24,000 nt of DNA from Desulfobacula sp. (GTDB taxonomy: Bacteria; Desulfobacterota; Desulfobacteria; Desulfobacterales; Desulfobacteraceae), in NCBI RefSeq assembly GCF_030145145.1, contig NZ_JAQYWD010000004.1:116622-140621 (forward strand), read 5' to 3'. Positions 8,117-18,171 of this stretch are shown piece after piece. The position numbers were made by a program, and so were the translations under genes. Position 1 is the stretch's first letter. Each line of letters begins with the position of its first letter. The notes below the pieces were generated by a model that was not told where the DNA came from, searched no databases, and saw nothing but the letters and a program-made list of their open reading frames with translations.

Positions 8117-8199
8117 GGGGTCAGGCTTTCTTTATGGCACTTTTTACCCGTCTGGTCATGAAATAGTGATAAAAAGCACAATAAAAAAAGCCTGACCCC
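8117..8199. repeat. Imperfect palindromic intergenic element, copy 1; lies between convergent hgcB and acyl-CoA synthetase, may act as a bidirectional terminator
   Basis: Left arm GGGGTCAGGCTTTCTTTAT (8117-8135), right arm ATAAAAAAAGCCTGACCCC (8181-8199), 18/19 complementary; shares arms and interior AAAAGCACAATAA with copy 2. Confidence 0.75.
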
Positions 8200-8211
8200 G
8201 TCAAACTTGAG

Positions 8212-10047
8212 TTAATACATGGCTTCGATCAAGTCTTTAAAGGCCTTGTTGACGAATTTTCGTTTGATTTTCATGGTGGGGGTCACCTCCCCGTCTTCTT
8301 CGTACAGCCGCTTGGGCAGAAGGGTAAATTTTCTGATCTGTTCCACCCGGGCAAGGGTTTCATTGACGTTTTTGACCTCCCGGTCAATCAGGGCAATCAC
8401 CTGTTCGTTAGCGGTCAGGTCCTTATAGGTTGAAAACTGGACCTTGTTATCCTGGGCAAACTTCATTACATTGTCATCATCGATCATGACCAGGCAGGAT
8501 AAAAATTTCCGCCTGTCCCCGATGACCACGGCATCATTGATGTAAACACTTGCCTTGAGCTTGTTTTCAATATACTGGGGGGTAATATTTTTACCCCCTG
8601 CCGTAACGATAATGTCTTTTTTGCGGTCGGTAATTTTTAAAAACCCTTCCGCATCCATCTCCCCTACATCTCCTGTATACAGCCAGCCATCCTTAATGGT
8701 TTCAGCCGTTGCATCATCCGCCTTATAATATCCCTTAAACACCCCGGGAGACCGGACCAGGATTTCGCCGTCCTTGGCAATCTTTATCATGACCCCGTCA
8801 AGGGCCCTGCCCACGGTGCCAAACCGCGTCATTTTTTCCGGAGAAAGGGTGGTGACACCGGTTCCCTCGGTCTGGCCATATCCCTCGATCAGGTTCATTC
8901 CAATGGACTGGAAAAACCGCAGCACCTCTTTTGAAATGGGTGCGGCCCCGGAAATCGCTACCCGGATGTTTTCAAAGCCCAGCCGCTCTTTCAGCTTTCT
9001 GAAGACAACCAGCCAGGCCACGGCGTAAGCCCCTTTGAGGAAAAGATTGACCGACGTTGAATTCATGATCCGATCGGCCCGCTTTTCGCCAATTCCCAGG
9101 GCCATATTGAAAACAACCCGCTTGAACCATGTGGCATCTGCCATTTTGATCATGATATTGGAATAATATTTTTCCCAAATTCGTGGAACCGCATATCCTA
9201 TGGTGGGGGAGACTTCCATCATATTTTGCATGACCGTATCCGGTTTTTCCACAAAATTAACCGTATACACAAATTTTATATGGATAAACACAGTGAAAAG
9301 CCGTTCAAAAATATGGCACAACGGCAGAAAAGACAAGACATTGTCTGCCATGTCTATCCGGATGGTCTGGTCCACTGCACCAGCCATCCAGGTGACATTT
9401 TTATGGGTGAGCATGGCCCCTTTGGGCGGCCCTGTGGTTCCGGAGGTATAAATAATCACGGCCGGATCATCCGGGGTAACCCTGGCCTGCCGGTCAACAA
9501 ACAATGTGGCATGGGCTTCATCCGCCTGGTGACCCTTTTCCAGCAACTGATCAAAGGTCATGACCATGGGATCGGTGAAGGTGTTCAATCCCTTGGTATC
9601 CCATACGATGACTTTTTTCAGCAATGGTGAGGTCTCCCGGAACATCAACCACTTGTCCAGCTGCTCTTCATTTTCCACAAACAAAAACCGGGCATCGCTG
9701 TGATTGACCACATACGCCACCTGCTGCCAGGCGTTGGTGGCATAAATTCCCACGGATACGCCACCCACACACTGAATCCCCAGATCGGCCATCACCCATT
9801 CCATGCTGTTGTCACCAATGATACCGACACAGTCCCCTTGCTCAAGGCCCATGGATACAAGGGCACACCCGATTTTTTTGGCCTTATCATGATATGCCTG
9901 CCAGGTAATCTCCTGCCAGAGTCCAATATTTTTTCTCCGCAGGGCTATCTTTGAGCCATGCTGGGCAACCGTCCGGTTAAACACCTGGGGAACGGTCTCA
10001 AATTGGATCTCTACCGGTTTCACCGCCATGCTTTCTTCCTTTTCCAT
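8212..10047 (-). CDS. Long-chain acyl-CoA synthetase (AMP-dependent synthetase/ligase)
   Basis: 611 aa; AMP-binding motif PAVIIYTSGTTGPPKGAMLTHKN, GYGQTEGTG, DGWLYTGDVGEMDAEGFLKITDRKKDIIVTAGGKNITP. Alternate start MAVKPV at 10029. Confidence 0.92.
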   Translation of the reverse strand: MEKEESMAVKPVEIQFETVPQVFNRTVAQHGSKIALRRKNIGLWQEITWQAYHDKAKKIGCALVSMGLEQGDCVGIIGDNSMEWVMADLGIQCVGGVSVGIYATNAWQQVAYVVNHSDARFLFVENEEQLDKWLMFRETSPLLKKVIVWDTKGLNTFTDPMVMTFDQLLEKGHQADEAHATLFVDRQARVTPDDPAVIIYTSGTTGPPKGAMLTHKNVTWMAGAVDQTIRIDMADNVLSFLPLCHIFERLFTVFIHIKFVYTVNFVEKPDTVMQNMMEVSPTIGYAVPRIWEKYYSNIMIKMADATWFKRVVFNMALGIGEKRADRIMNSTSVNLFLKGAYAVAWLVVFRKLKERLGFENIRVAISGAAPISKEVLRFFQSIGMNLIEGYGQTEGTGVTTLSPEKMTRFGTVGRALDGVMIKIAKDGEILVRSPGVFKGYYKADDATAETIKDGWLYTGDVGEMDAEGFLKITDRKKDIIVTAGGKNITPQYIENKLKASVYINDAVVIGDRRKFLSCLVMIDDDNVMKFAQDNKVQFSTYKDLTANEQVIALIDREVKNVNETLARVEQIRKFTLLPKRLYEEDGEVTPTMKIKRKFVNKAFKDLIEAMY

Positions 10048-10796
10048 CGCTGGTAGCCTTTGGCTGATGTTTCAGATTTTATGCCAAGATAAAACTCTTT
10101 GACATCCTTATCCTCCAGAAGATCTGTTGAGTTGCCTTTCATCACAAACCGGCCGTTTTCAAGGATCAGGCCGGTACCGGATATGGACAGCGCCATATTT
10201 GCATTCTGTTCCACCAGGAGAATGGTGGTGCCTGTCAAATTTATCTCCCGGATAATGGCAAATATCTCTTTGACCAGGATAGGGGACAGGCCCAGGGAGG
10301 GTTCGTCCAGAATCATCAGTCGGGGCCTGAGCATCAATGCCCTGCCAATGGCCAGCATCTGCTGTTCCCCGCCGGAAAGTGTCCCGGCCCACTGGTGGGT
10401 TCTCTGCTTTAAAACCGGAAAATACGCAAACACCTTTTCAATGTCCTGTTTCACCCCTGGGGTATCTTTCCTCAGATACGCCCCCATCAACAGATGTTCG
10501 TGGACAGTAAGTTCTTCAAAAATCTCCCGGCCTTCCGGCACGTAGGCAATGCCTTTCCGGACGATCTCATCCGTATCCCGGTTCTGGATGGGTACCCCGT
10601 CAAATTCAATGACGCCCTTTTCCGGCTGGTCTTTTATCAACGCCATAATGGTCTTTAGAATCGTTGATTTCCCTGCACCGTTATTGCCCAGGATGGCGGT
10701 GATACTGCCCTCTTCCACCGCAAAAGACGCCCCCCGGATGGCATAGACCAGATCATAATAGGTCTCGATATTTTTGACTTCCAGCAACGCTGTCAT
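10020..10796 (-). CDS. livF: Branched-chain amino acid-type ABC transporter ATP-binding protein (LivF family)
   Basis: 258 aa; Walker A GNNGAGKST, LSGGEQQMLAIGRAL, Walker B RLMILDEPSLGLSP typical of LivF. Confidence 0.88.
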   Translation of the reverse strand: MTALLEVKNIETYYDLVYAIRGASFAVEEGSITAILGNNGAGKSTILKTIMALIKDQPEKGVIEFDGVPIQNRDTDEIVRKGIAYVPEGREIFEELTVHEHLLMGAYLRKDTPGVKQDIEKVFAYFPVLKQRTHQWAGTLSGGEQQMLAIGRALMLRPRLMILDEPSLGLSPILVKEIFAIIREINLTGTTILLVEQNANMALSISGTGLILENGRFVMKGNSTDLLEDKDVKEFYLGIKSETSAKGYQRWKRKKAWR

Positions 10797-11578
10797 ACCT
10801 GCTTTTCCTCTCCGATATAGGCTTTCAGGACTTCCGTGTTCTGCTGAACCTGTTCAGGAGTGCCCAGGGTAACCTGCTTTCCAAAATTAATGGCCAGAAC
10901 CCGGGTTGAAATATCCATGACCATTTTCATATCATGCTCAATGAGCAGAATGGATACCCCCAGGTCATCCTGGATATCCTTTATCCAGAAGATCATATCC
11001 TGTTTTTCCTCTGAATTCATTCCCGCACAGGGTTCATCCAGCAGGAGCAGCTCCGGCTCCAGGGCCAGGGCCCTCCCCAATTCAATCAATTTCTGGGTGC
11101 CATAGGGAAGCCCCCCCACAAACGTATCCCGCACATTCTGCAGTTCAAGGAAATCGATAATCCGTTCCACCCGTTCGCGATGCCGGGTTTCTTCTCTGCC
11201 GGCAAATGACGACTTTCCCCACATGACCATTCCCCTGAAAAGTCCTGTTTTCATATGGATATGGCGGCCCAGCAGGATATTTTCCATGGTGTTCATGTGG
11301 GAAAAAAGTTCTATGTTCTGGAAGGTCCGGGCAATGCCCATCCGGGCAATGGCATCGGGTTTTTTGTTTTCAATGGCGGTTTCCTTAAACCGGATACTTC
11401 CCTGATCCGGTTGATACAGACCGGAGATACAATTGAAAAGGGTGGTCTTTCCTGCCCCATTGGGACCGATCACGGAAAAAATCTCACCCTTGTTCATGGT
11501 AAAACCGATATCCTGGAGGGCCTTTATCCCGCCAAAGGAAATAGACAGGTGGTCAACCCGGAAAAAAGGCGCCCCCAT
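10793..11578 (-). CDS. livG: Branched-chain amino acid-type ABC transporter ATP-binding protein (LivG family)
   Basis: Walker A GPNGAGKTTLFNCISG, GIARTFQNIELF, LLLLDEPCAGMNSEE. The ORF track starts at 11680, but the likely start MGAPFFRVDHLSI at 11578 avoids overlap with the upstream gene. Confidence 0.88.
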   Translation of the reverse strand: MGAPFFRVDHLSISFGGIKALQDIGFTMNKGEIFSVIGPNGAGKTTLFNCISGLYQPDQGSIRFKETAIENKKPDAIARMGIARTFQNIELFSHMNTMENILLGRHIHMKTGLFRGMVMWGKSSFAGREETRHRERVERIIDFLELQNVRDTFVGGLPYGTQKLIELGRALALEPELLLLDEPCAGMNSEEKQDMIFWIKDIQDDLGVSILLIEHDMKMVMDISTRVLAINFGKQVTLGTPEQVQQNTEVLKAYIGEEKQV

Positions 11579-11579
11579 T

Positions 11580-12776
11580 CTACTTGATATCCATCCAATC
11601 GGTGAGCCTTTTTGCTTTTCCCCCGGCCAGGCACTGCAGCAAAAAGGTCTGGGATGCCCCCTGCCGGGAATACATATCATTCTTGTTGTAGGGTTTGTAA
11701 CTGACTTCCGGACCGATCCCCTTGAATCCGCTTATACTTTCCATGGCCGTAATAAAATTTTCCCGGGTCAAATCCCGACCGCACCGTTTCAATCCTTCAA
11801 TCATGGGCTCAGTAAAAATAATGCCCGCATAATAAAAAACCCCCCATCTTTCGCCCTTGGCAGCATAGGTATCAAACACTTCTTTTTTATACTTATTGAG
11901 CAACGGATACCCTGACTCCGGCAATTCGCCCAGTGTTGCCGTAATGACCCCTTCCCAGAGCCCTTTTGTGATATGCATCATGAAGGGAAAGTCCGATGTG
12001 GTGCTGGTGCTCATGAATTGCGGGGCAAACTTCATGGCCTTGCTGATACCGACAATCCTTGCAGAATGGGGCACTGTTGTCCACATTAAGACCATGTCCG
12101 GTTTGGCTTTTCTCAACTTCATGACATGGGGTTTAAGGTCGGAGTCCTTGGCTTCCATGGAGACCTGGGCCACGGCTTTCAGCCCATGGGCCTTTAATTC
12201 GGCGAGCGCCCCCCGCAGCCCGTTTTTTCCATATTCATCATTGAGGTAAGCAATGGCCACCCGTTTTTTGCCCATGGTCTCAATGGCATATTTTACCAGG
12301 GCCTTTGCCTCACCCACATACAGCGGATATACGGCAAACAGATTTTTCTGGGGCGGATTTACCCAGTGCATGGACCCTGCGGCCGGACCGACCCAGGGCA
12401 CATTTCTTTTGGCCAGGTAATCACGAACCGACAAACCCGGAGAGGTGCCCACACCGCAGGCCCAGGCAAATATACCGGTGCCTTCCTGGAGTTCTTTCAC
12501 CCCGGCCTTTGTCTTGGCCGGATTATATCCGTCATCAAACATGTGATAGACGATTTTCCGGCCATGGATACCGCCATTGTCATTGATCCATTTAAAATAA
12601 TCACCGGTCCCCCTGGCCACATTCCCCCAGGCCGCTGCAGGACCGCTCTGGGGACCCCACTGCCCGAGATGAATTTCCGTATCCGTCACCCCCTCTTCTG
12701 CAAAAAGATCCGGGGTAAAACTCAGTAAAATGGCAAAAAAAACAAATAAAGTAAGCAATAATTTTTTTTTCATCAT
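11580..12776 (-). CDS. ABC transporter substrate-binding protein (LivJ/LivK-type periplasmic binding protein)
   Basis: 398 aa; signal peptide MMKKKLLLTLFVFFAILLSFTPDLFA; EGVTDTEIHLGQWGPQSGPAAAWGNVARGTGDYFKWINDNGGIHGRKI typical of family. Confidence 0.9.
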   Translation of the reverse strand: MMKKKLLLTLFVFFAILLSFTPDLFAEEGVTDTEIHLGQWGPQSGPAAAWGNVARGTGDYFKWINDNGGIHGRKIVYHMFDDGYNPAKTKAGVKELQEGTGIFAWACGVGTSPGLSVRDYLAKRNVPWVGPAAGSMHWVNPPQKNLFAVYPLYVGEAKALVKYAIETMGKKRVAIAYLNDEYGKNGLRGALAELKAHGLKAVAQVSMEAKDSDLKPHVMKLRKAKPDMVLMWTTVPHSARIVGISKAMKFAPQFMSTSTTSDFPFMMHITKGLWEGVITATLGELPESGYPLLNKYKKEVFDTYAAKGERWGVFYYAGIIFTEPMIEGLKRCGRDLTRENFITAMESISGFKGIGPEVSYKPYNKNDMYSRQGASQTFLLQCLAGGKAKRLTDWMDIK

Positions 12777-12840
12777 GTCCTCCTTTTTAAATGATCATGG
12801 GTTTATATCATGTTCCTTATTCCCTGATAAACGGCCCTGA

Positions 12841-13716
12841 CTATACCTTTTTCACATAATGCCTGGCAAAAAGGCCACTGGGTCTAATACACAGCACCAG
12901 TACAATGATGACAAACGCCACCACGGTCTTAAACTCGATGGAGACATACCCGCCAAACAGATTTTCAATAATCCCCAGCAGATAGGCCGCCACCACCGCA
13001 CCGGGCAAAGAGGTCATCCCGCCCATGACGGCTGCGGCAAATCCCTTGAGCATGGGATCCCACATCATGTAAGGGTGCATGATGGTCGGGGAAATCAACA
13101 GCCCGGCCACAGCCCCGACAAGGGATGAAATCCCCCAGGTTATCATCAAAATGCGATTTGTCCTGATGCCCACAATTTGTGCCGCCACACGGTTTTGCTG
13201 GGTGGCTTTCATGGCCAGCCCCAGCTTGGTAAATTTAAAAAACAGGAAGAGAACGATCATCAGCAATAATGCCGCCACCAATGTCAGGACTTCAAGCTTA
13301 CTGATAAAGATATCCCGGATGATTAAACTGTCATAGGGCCCTATGGGAAAGGGCATGGTCTTTTGTTCGGCCCCGAATTTCCATGACACAAATCCTAAAA
13401 GGATCATCTCGATACCAATGGTGATAACAATCATCCCAAGGACATTGGGTTCTTTTGCCCGCCGGAGGATAGCAAATTCCAGGAAACACCCCAGTAAAAC
13501 GGCAAACACAAGGGTGAAAAAAAAGGCCAGGTACACTGACAGGTGAAAAGAGGTGAGGAGCATCATGGCAAAAAAGGACGAAATCAGGGCCATTTCCCCC
13601 TGGGCAAAATTCGGCACTTCAGATGTTTTATAAATAATGACCATGGCCAGTCCCATCAATGCATAGGAGCTTCCCACGGCAATGCCGCTGACAATCATCT
13701 GGATAAAATCTATCAT
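12841..13716 (-). CDS. livH: Branched-chain amino acid ABC transporter permease (LivH family)
   Basis: 291 aa polytopic protein; GIAVGSSYALMGLAMVIIYKTSEVPNFAQGEMALISSF is LivH-like. Confidence 0.88.
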   Translation of the reverse strand: MIDFIQMIVSGIAVGSSYALMGLAMVIIYKTSEVPNFAQGEMALISSFFAMMLLTSFHLSVYLAFFFTLVFAVLLGCFLEFAILRRAKEPNVLGMIVITIGIEMILLGFVSWKFGAEQKTMPFPIGPYDSLIIRDIFISKLEVLTLVAALLLMIVLFLFFKFTKLGLAMKATQQNRVAAQIVGIRTNRILMITWGISSLVGAVAGLLISPTIMHPYMMWDPMLKGFAAAVMGGMTSLPGAVVAAYLLGIIENLFGGYVSIEFKTVVAFVIIVLVLCIRPSGLFARHYVKKV

Positions 13717-13807
13717 TCAGGCTCCTTTTATCTGAAAAACCGGTTACGCCTTGACATCAAGCGTCTTTCATATTTTGTTGTCACAGGGTGACCTGCCATG
13801 GCCGGTA

Positions 13808-14881
13808 TTAAAACGGCCAGGTTCGCCAGTATTTTTTCGTTCGAATCCATACGCCATAGAGCCCCAGGGGTTCAAACAGCATGATCAGGACCATGATGGA
13901 CCCAAACACAATAAACTGGATATTCGAGACACCGGTGATGGAAAACCAATTTTGAGAAAGGGTTTCCAGCCAGTCCCCGATATAGGGAATATCCAGAATA
14001 TTCCGTAATTTCAGGTCCAGCCAGCAAAGCAATGCAGCACCGGCTATGGAACCCATCATGGACCCTAAGCCGCCCACCACCACCATGGCCAGAAACATAA
14101 TGGACATCATCAGGGTGAAAATTTCAGGTTCAATAAACTTTAAGACAAAGGCATACAAACCACCGGCCATACCGGCATAAAAAGCACTGACGGCAAAGGC
14201 CAGGGTTTTATAATACACGATATTCACCCCCATGGTCTGGGCGGCGATATCGGCGTCCCGGATGGCAATAAATGCCCGTCCCACCCGTGTCTTGATAAGG
14301 TTCCGCATGAACAGCAGCAACAGAATGGTCAGGGTAATCAACAGAAAATAAAACTCTTTATCCGTATCCAGAACCCAGGAACCAATGATAATGTCCGGTG
14401 CATGGAGACCTTCCCTGCCACCGAAAATCTCCATCCGGCCGATGATCTGGGTAATGGTCAATCCAAACCCCAGTGTGGCAATGGCCAGGTAGGGTCCCTC
14501 AAGCCGGAGGGCCGGCAGTCCCAGTAAAAACCCAAACCCGGCGGCAACAAGAGCGGCACATGGCAGGGCCAGGAGAAAAGGAACGCCTGCCTTGGCCATC
14601 AGAATAATCGTGCCATAGGCACCAATGGCAAAAAAACCGGCATGACCCAGGGAAATCTGACCGGTATAGCCGACCAGAAGGTTCAGGCCGGTTGCCACGA
14701 TAATATTAATGGCAATATAGTTGGCCACATACACATAATAATTGTCTACAAACAAGGGAAAAAGATAAAGAGATACTATCAAGACAACAAACCAGAAAAT
14801 AACGACCGGTGAGGACAAAAGCTGTATATCCTCATAATACTCTCTTTTCATATCCATGGAAAACAATCCTTTTATGGTCAA
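13808..14881 (-). CDS. livM: Branched-chain amino acid ABC transporter permease (LivM family)
   Basis: 357 aa polytopic protein; NLLVGYTGQISLGHAGFFAIGAYG...LPCAALVAAGFGFLLGLPALRLEGPYLAIATLGFG is diagnostic of LivM. Confidence 0.9.
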   Translation of the reverse strand: MTIKGLFSMDMKREYYEDIQLLSSPVVIFWFVVLIVSLYLFPLFVDNYYVYVANYIAINIIVATGLNLLVGYTGQISLGHAGFFAIGAYGTIILMAKAGVPFLLALPCAALVAAGFGFLLGLPALRLEGPYLAIATLGFGLTITQIIGRMEIFGGREGLHAPDIIIGSWVLDTDKEFYFLLITLTILLLLFMRNLIKTRVGRAFIAIRDADIAAQTMGVNIVYYKTLAFAVSAFYAGMAGGLYAFVLKFIEPEIFTLMMSIMFLAMVVVGGLGSMMGSIAGAALLCWLDLKLRNILDIPYIGDWLETLSQNWFSITGVSNIQFIVFGSIMVLIMLFEPLGLYGVWIRTKKYWRTWPF

Positions 14882-15273
14882 TGGCCGGATAAAACGATCT
14901 ATATTACTACTTATTTTTAAGCTTATGGGTTGTCAAGCAAAAAGAAAAGAAGCTTCAAATAATAAACAAGGTTTAGATTTCGCATATTCAGCGAAAAAAT
15001 ATCGTCACCTGGAAAATCGCCTGGGATGACCTGTCTTTTTGATGGGCCCATTAATTCCTTGACAGATGAAATAATTATCAATAAACTATAATAAACGTTG
15101 TATTTCATTTCTCATTGATCTCATTCATTTGAACCGTCTGACGATTTTAATGTTTCGTTCTATGTGCGATATGCTCGCATTTGTTTCAGACCATTTGTTT
15201 TCATTTAGTGTAAATTCGTCATTGTTTAAAAACACAATAGTGTTATCCGCTCTATAATTTTAAGGAGAGACAG

Positions 15274-16542
15274 ATGAAATCATTTGCAACAATTCTAATT
15301 CTAATCATTTTTTCATTGGGATTTTGGGCCTGCAGCAGTGAGCCGGTGGTTGATATTGCCGCCATAACATCCCAGCCAAAAGGCTTTGTGGGTTCCGACA
15401 CATGCAAAATGTGCCATCTGGAGCATTTTGATTCCTGGAAGATGACCCTGCACAGCCGCATGCTTCAGGATGCAAAAGCCAACGAGGATGCCATTATTGT
15501 TCCCATAGACGAAAAAACCATCCGCGGGGACCTGGCTAAACTCAGTGACAAACTAAAGGTTCCGGCCGATAAAATTTATGTACCGAAAAAAGAGGAGATC
15601 CTCTACACCATCGGCAGTCAATGGAAGCAACGATACCTGGTGAAAAAGAATGATATCTTGTATATTTCGCCCATTCAGTACAATGCCGATACCCACCGGT
15701 GGGTCAATTACCATGAGCAGGACTGGGACAAAAGACCCTGGCTGTTAAAATGCGGGGGCTGCCACGCAACGGGCGCGGATATTGCGAACGGCACCTTCAA
15801 AGAGCCCGGAGTTGCCTGTGAGGCCTGTCACGGAAAAGGATCATGGCACGCAGCGCTCCCAAAAACTGCGGTGTTTGAAAAACGAAATACCATCGTCAAC
15901 CCGGCCAAACTGACCATGGGGGTGGCTGCACAAATCTGCGGATCCTGCCATAACCGGGGCAAGGCAACCATGCAAAAAGGCGGGGGATGGCCGGTGGGGT
16001 ATGAGCCGGGCAAGGCCCTTGCCGCCTATTATGAATCAACTTCCTTTGAGGCAGGGGATGTAAAACATGTCTATGCCAACGAATTTTCCAAAGGACATCA
16101 TCAGCAATTTATTGACTGGCAGCAGTCCAAGCATTCAACAGAAGGTGTCACTTGTACCTCCTGCCACTATGTTCACCAGATCGGCATGCCCCAGACCCGG
16201 TCACAAACATCAAAATCCGGTTCCATGCAATGTTTTCAGTGTCATGTACAGGTGAATACCAACATGGCCCATTCCATCCACTCGTTTGCCAATTGTGTTG
16301 GCTGCCACATGCCAAGAATCGCCAAGAGTGCTGAATCCGGGGATATTCGCAGCCATGTTTTCGTCACCCTGCTGCCGGAAGATACCCTGAAGAACCCAAA
16401 GGTGCCCAACTCGTGCCAGACCTGTCACAAGCATAAAAATGATGATTTACAGGAACTTCAGTCCAACTGGAAAAAACTGGCAACCCTTCCGAAACCAGTG
16501 GGTAAGGCCATAGATCCTGTTGAATACAGGTATACGCGGTAA
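15274..16542 (+). CDS. Octaheme c-type cytochrome, predicted lipoprotein
   Basis: 422 aa; lipobox-like LGFWAC; eight CxxCH motifs: CKMCH, CGGCH, CEACH, CGSCH, CTSCH, CFQCH, CVGCH, CQTCH. Confidence 0.88.
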   Translation: MKSFATILILIIFSLGFWACSSEPVVDIAAITSQPKGFVGSDTCKMCHLEHFDSWKMTLHSRMLQDAKANEDAIIVPIDEKTIRGDLAKLSDKLKVPADKIYVPKKEEILYTIGSQWKQRYLVKKNDILYISPIQYNADTHRWVNYHEQDWDKRPWLLKCGGCHATGADIANGTFKEPGVACEACHGKGSWHAALPKTAVFEKRNTIVNPAKLTMGVAAQICGSCHNRGKATMQKGGGWPVGYEPGKALAAYYESTSFEAGDVKHVYANEFSKGHHQQFIDWQQSKHSTEGVTCTSCHYVHQIGMPQTRSQTSKSGSMQCFQCHVQVNTNMAHSIHSFANCVGCHMPRIAKSAESGDIRSHVFVTLLPEDTLKNPKVPNSCQTCHKHKNDDLQELQSNWKKLATLPKPVGKAIDPVEYRYTR

Positions 16543-16559
16543 CCGCACAGGGGGCTGAT

Positions 16560-17264
16560 ATGACGCTTAAACATATAATTTTTAAACCCCTCATATGCTT
16601 TGCACTCCCCATGGTAACATGTGTGTTCATTGTATCCGGTATAGGCTGGGGACAGGAGGAGACAGCCTCCTTCATTAGGCGGTATAAACAATATGAAGTG
16701 AGCTCCGGTTATTATGAACAATACGAAGTCAAGCCTCGTCACGAGCGGCCCTTTGTAGAGATACCAGGTGTTCGAACCGGACGGTTTCCCTATAGTCCTT
16801 CAGGGGCTGCTGTCAGGTTCAATGCCCGGCGGGCGGATGCCCACCAGGGCATCCGGTTTTATGAAAACCGGCGGTGCGAAGACTGCCATATGGCCCAAAC
16901 TCTTGATCTGCATACGATCAGGGCAAACCTCACCTGTCGACAATGCCATGGGGGGGAACCCATTGCCAACAATGATCATTATTTTTCACCCATGAACCCC
17001 ATCAGACGGCATGCATATGTGTGTTCAAAATGTCACCAGGGGGCAAGTGCCGCTTATTCAGCCTATGTGATACATGAACCCAACCCGTCTCTGATGGCTA
17101 CCCAGGAATCATTTCCGGTCCTGTTTTATGCGTTCTGGATCATGATTGGCATTGCTGTGGGGACCTTTGCTGTATTCCTTCCCCATACGATTTTATGGGG
17201 GATTCGTGAACTGTTTTTCAAAAAGGAAACAACCGTGGAGGCGCCCCATGAAAAACAGACTTAA
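16560..17264 (+). CDS. Triheme c-type cytochrome with N-terminal signal and C-terminal TM segment
   Basis: 234 aa; CEDCH, CRQCH, CSKCH; C-terminal VLFYAFWIMIGIAVGTFAVFLPHTILWGI. Confidence 0.82.
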   Translation: MTLKHIIFKPLICFALPMVTCVFIVSGIGWGQEETASFIRRYKQYEVSSGYYEQYEVKPRHERPFVEIPGVRTGRFPYSPSGAAVRFNARRADAHQGIRFYENRRCEDCHMAQTLDLHTIRANLTCRQCHGGEPIANNDHYFSPMNPIRRHAYVCSKCHQGASAAYSAYVIHEPNPSLMATQESFPVLFYAFWIMIGIAVGTFAVFLPHTILWGIRELFFKKETTVEAPHEKQT

Positions 17265-18069
17265 AAGATTTACCCCGGTTCAGCGTATTTTTCATGCCGT
17301 ACTCATGCTCAGTTTCATATTCATGGGTGCAACAGGTCTCTCGCGCATGTATATGAATACTCCCTGGGGAAAATGGATGGGCTCCCTTTTTGGCGGATAT
17401 GACGTCAGCCTTGCAGCCCATAAGTATGTAGGCATTTGCATGATCATCGGATTTCTGATCCATTTTTTATATCTGATGATAAAAATCAACTGGTTGAATT
17501 TCCCCAAAAGTGTTATCGGACCGGATTCACTGCTGCCCAGACCCAAAGATATGACTGATTTTTTCCAGCACATCGGATGGTTCTTTGGTGCGAAAAAGCT
17601 TCCCGAGTTTGACCGGTGGGGATACTGGGAGAAATTTGACTACTGGGCTGTTTTCTGGGGCATGGCCATCATTGGTGTTACCGGGTTGATGATGGCGTTC
17701 CCTCTTTTTGCCACGCGATACATGCCAGGATGGGGATTAAATGTCGCTTTCTGGATACACCGGATTGAAGCGATTCTTGCCATGGCCCATGTGTTTATCA
17801 TCCATTTTTTCATAGCCCATCTTCGGCGCCATCATTTTCCCATGGATCGTGCCATGTTTGAAGGCAGTTCAGACCTGGCAACCATAAAAAGTGAAAAGGC
17901 TGCGTGGCTGGACCGCCTGAAAAACAGCGGGGAGCTCGAAGGAATGCTGGTGGCACAGGCAGCCCCCTTGAGACGAGTTGTTTTTTATTGTTTCGGGTAT
18001 GCCGTGGTGGCATCAGGATTGTTTCTTCTGATCGGGGCATTGGTCAATTTCAGATTTATCCTCTGGTAG
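17248..18069 (+). CDS. Cytochrome b (formate dehydrogenase gamma / NapH-like cytochrome b561 domain) membrane subunit
   Basis: Likely start MKNRLKRFTPVQRIFHAVLMLSFIFMGATGL at 17248 (ORF track from 17146). Membrane His residues (RIFHAVL, AAHKYVG, IHRIEAILAMAHVFIIHFF). Confidence 0.82.
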   Translation: MKNRLKRFTPVQRIFHAVLMLSFIFMGATGLSRMYMNTPWGKWMGSLFGGYDVSLAAHKYVGICMIIGFLIHFLYLMIKINWLNFPKSVIGPDSLLPRPKDMTDFFQHIGWFFGAKKLPEFDRWGYWEKFDYWAVFWGMAIIGVTGLMMAFPLFATRYMPGWGLNVAFWIHRIEAILAMAHVFIIHFFIAHLRRHHFPMDRAMFEGSSDLATIKSEKAAWLDRLKNSGELEGMLVAQAAPLRRVVFYCFGYAVVASGLFLLIGALVNFRFILW

Positions 18070-18171
18070 TGCACCGCTGGACCCATCCTCCTGCAGACCC
18101 GGCATTTAACGCCCTGGTTAAGTAAACGCCACCCCCCTTTCAGATGGATCTTCGGCAAAAATGGGGTCAAT

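Noticed and set aside
11255-11587. 110-aa and other plus-strand ORFs antisense to liv genes and acyl-CoA synthetase
   Set aside because: Shadow ORFs of well-supported genes; no recognisable domains.
11579-11680. N-terminal extension of LivG (MICIPGRGHPRPFCC...)
   Set aside because: Overlaps the upstream substrate-binding protein gene; MGAPFFRV at 11578 fits the family start.
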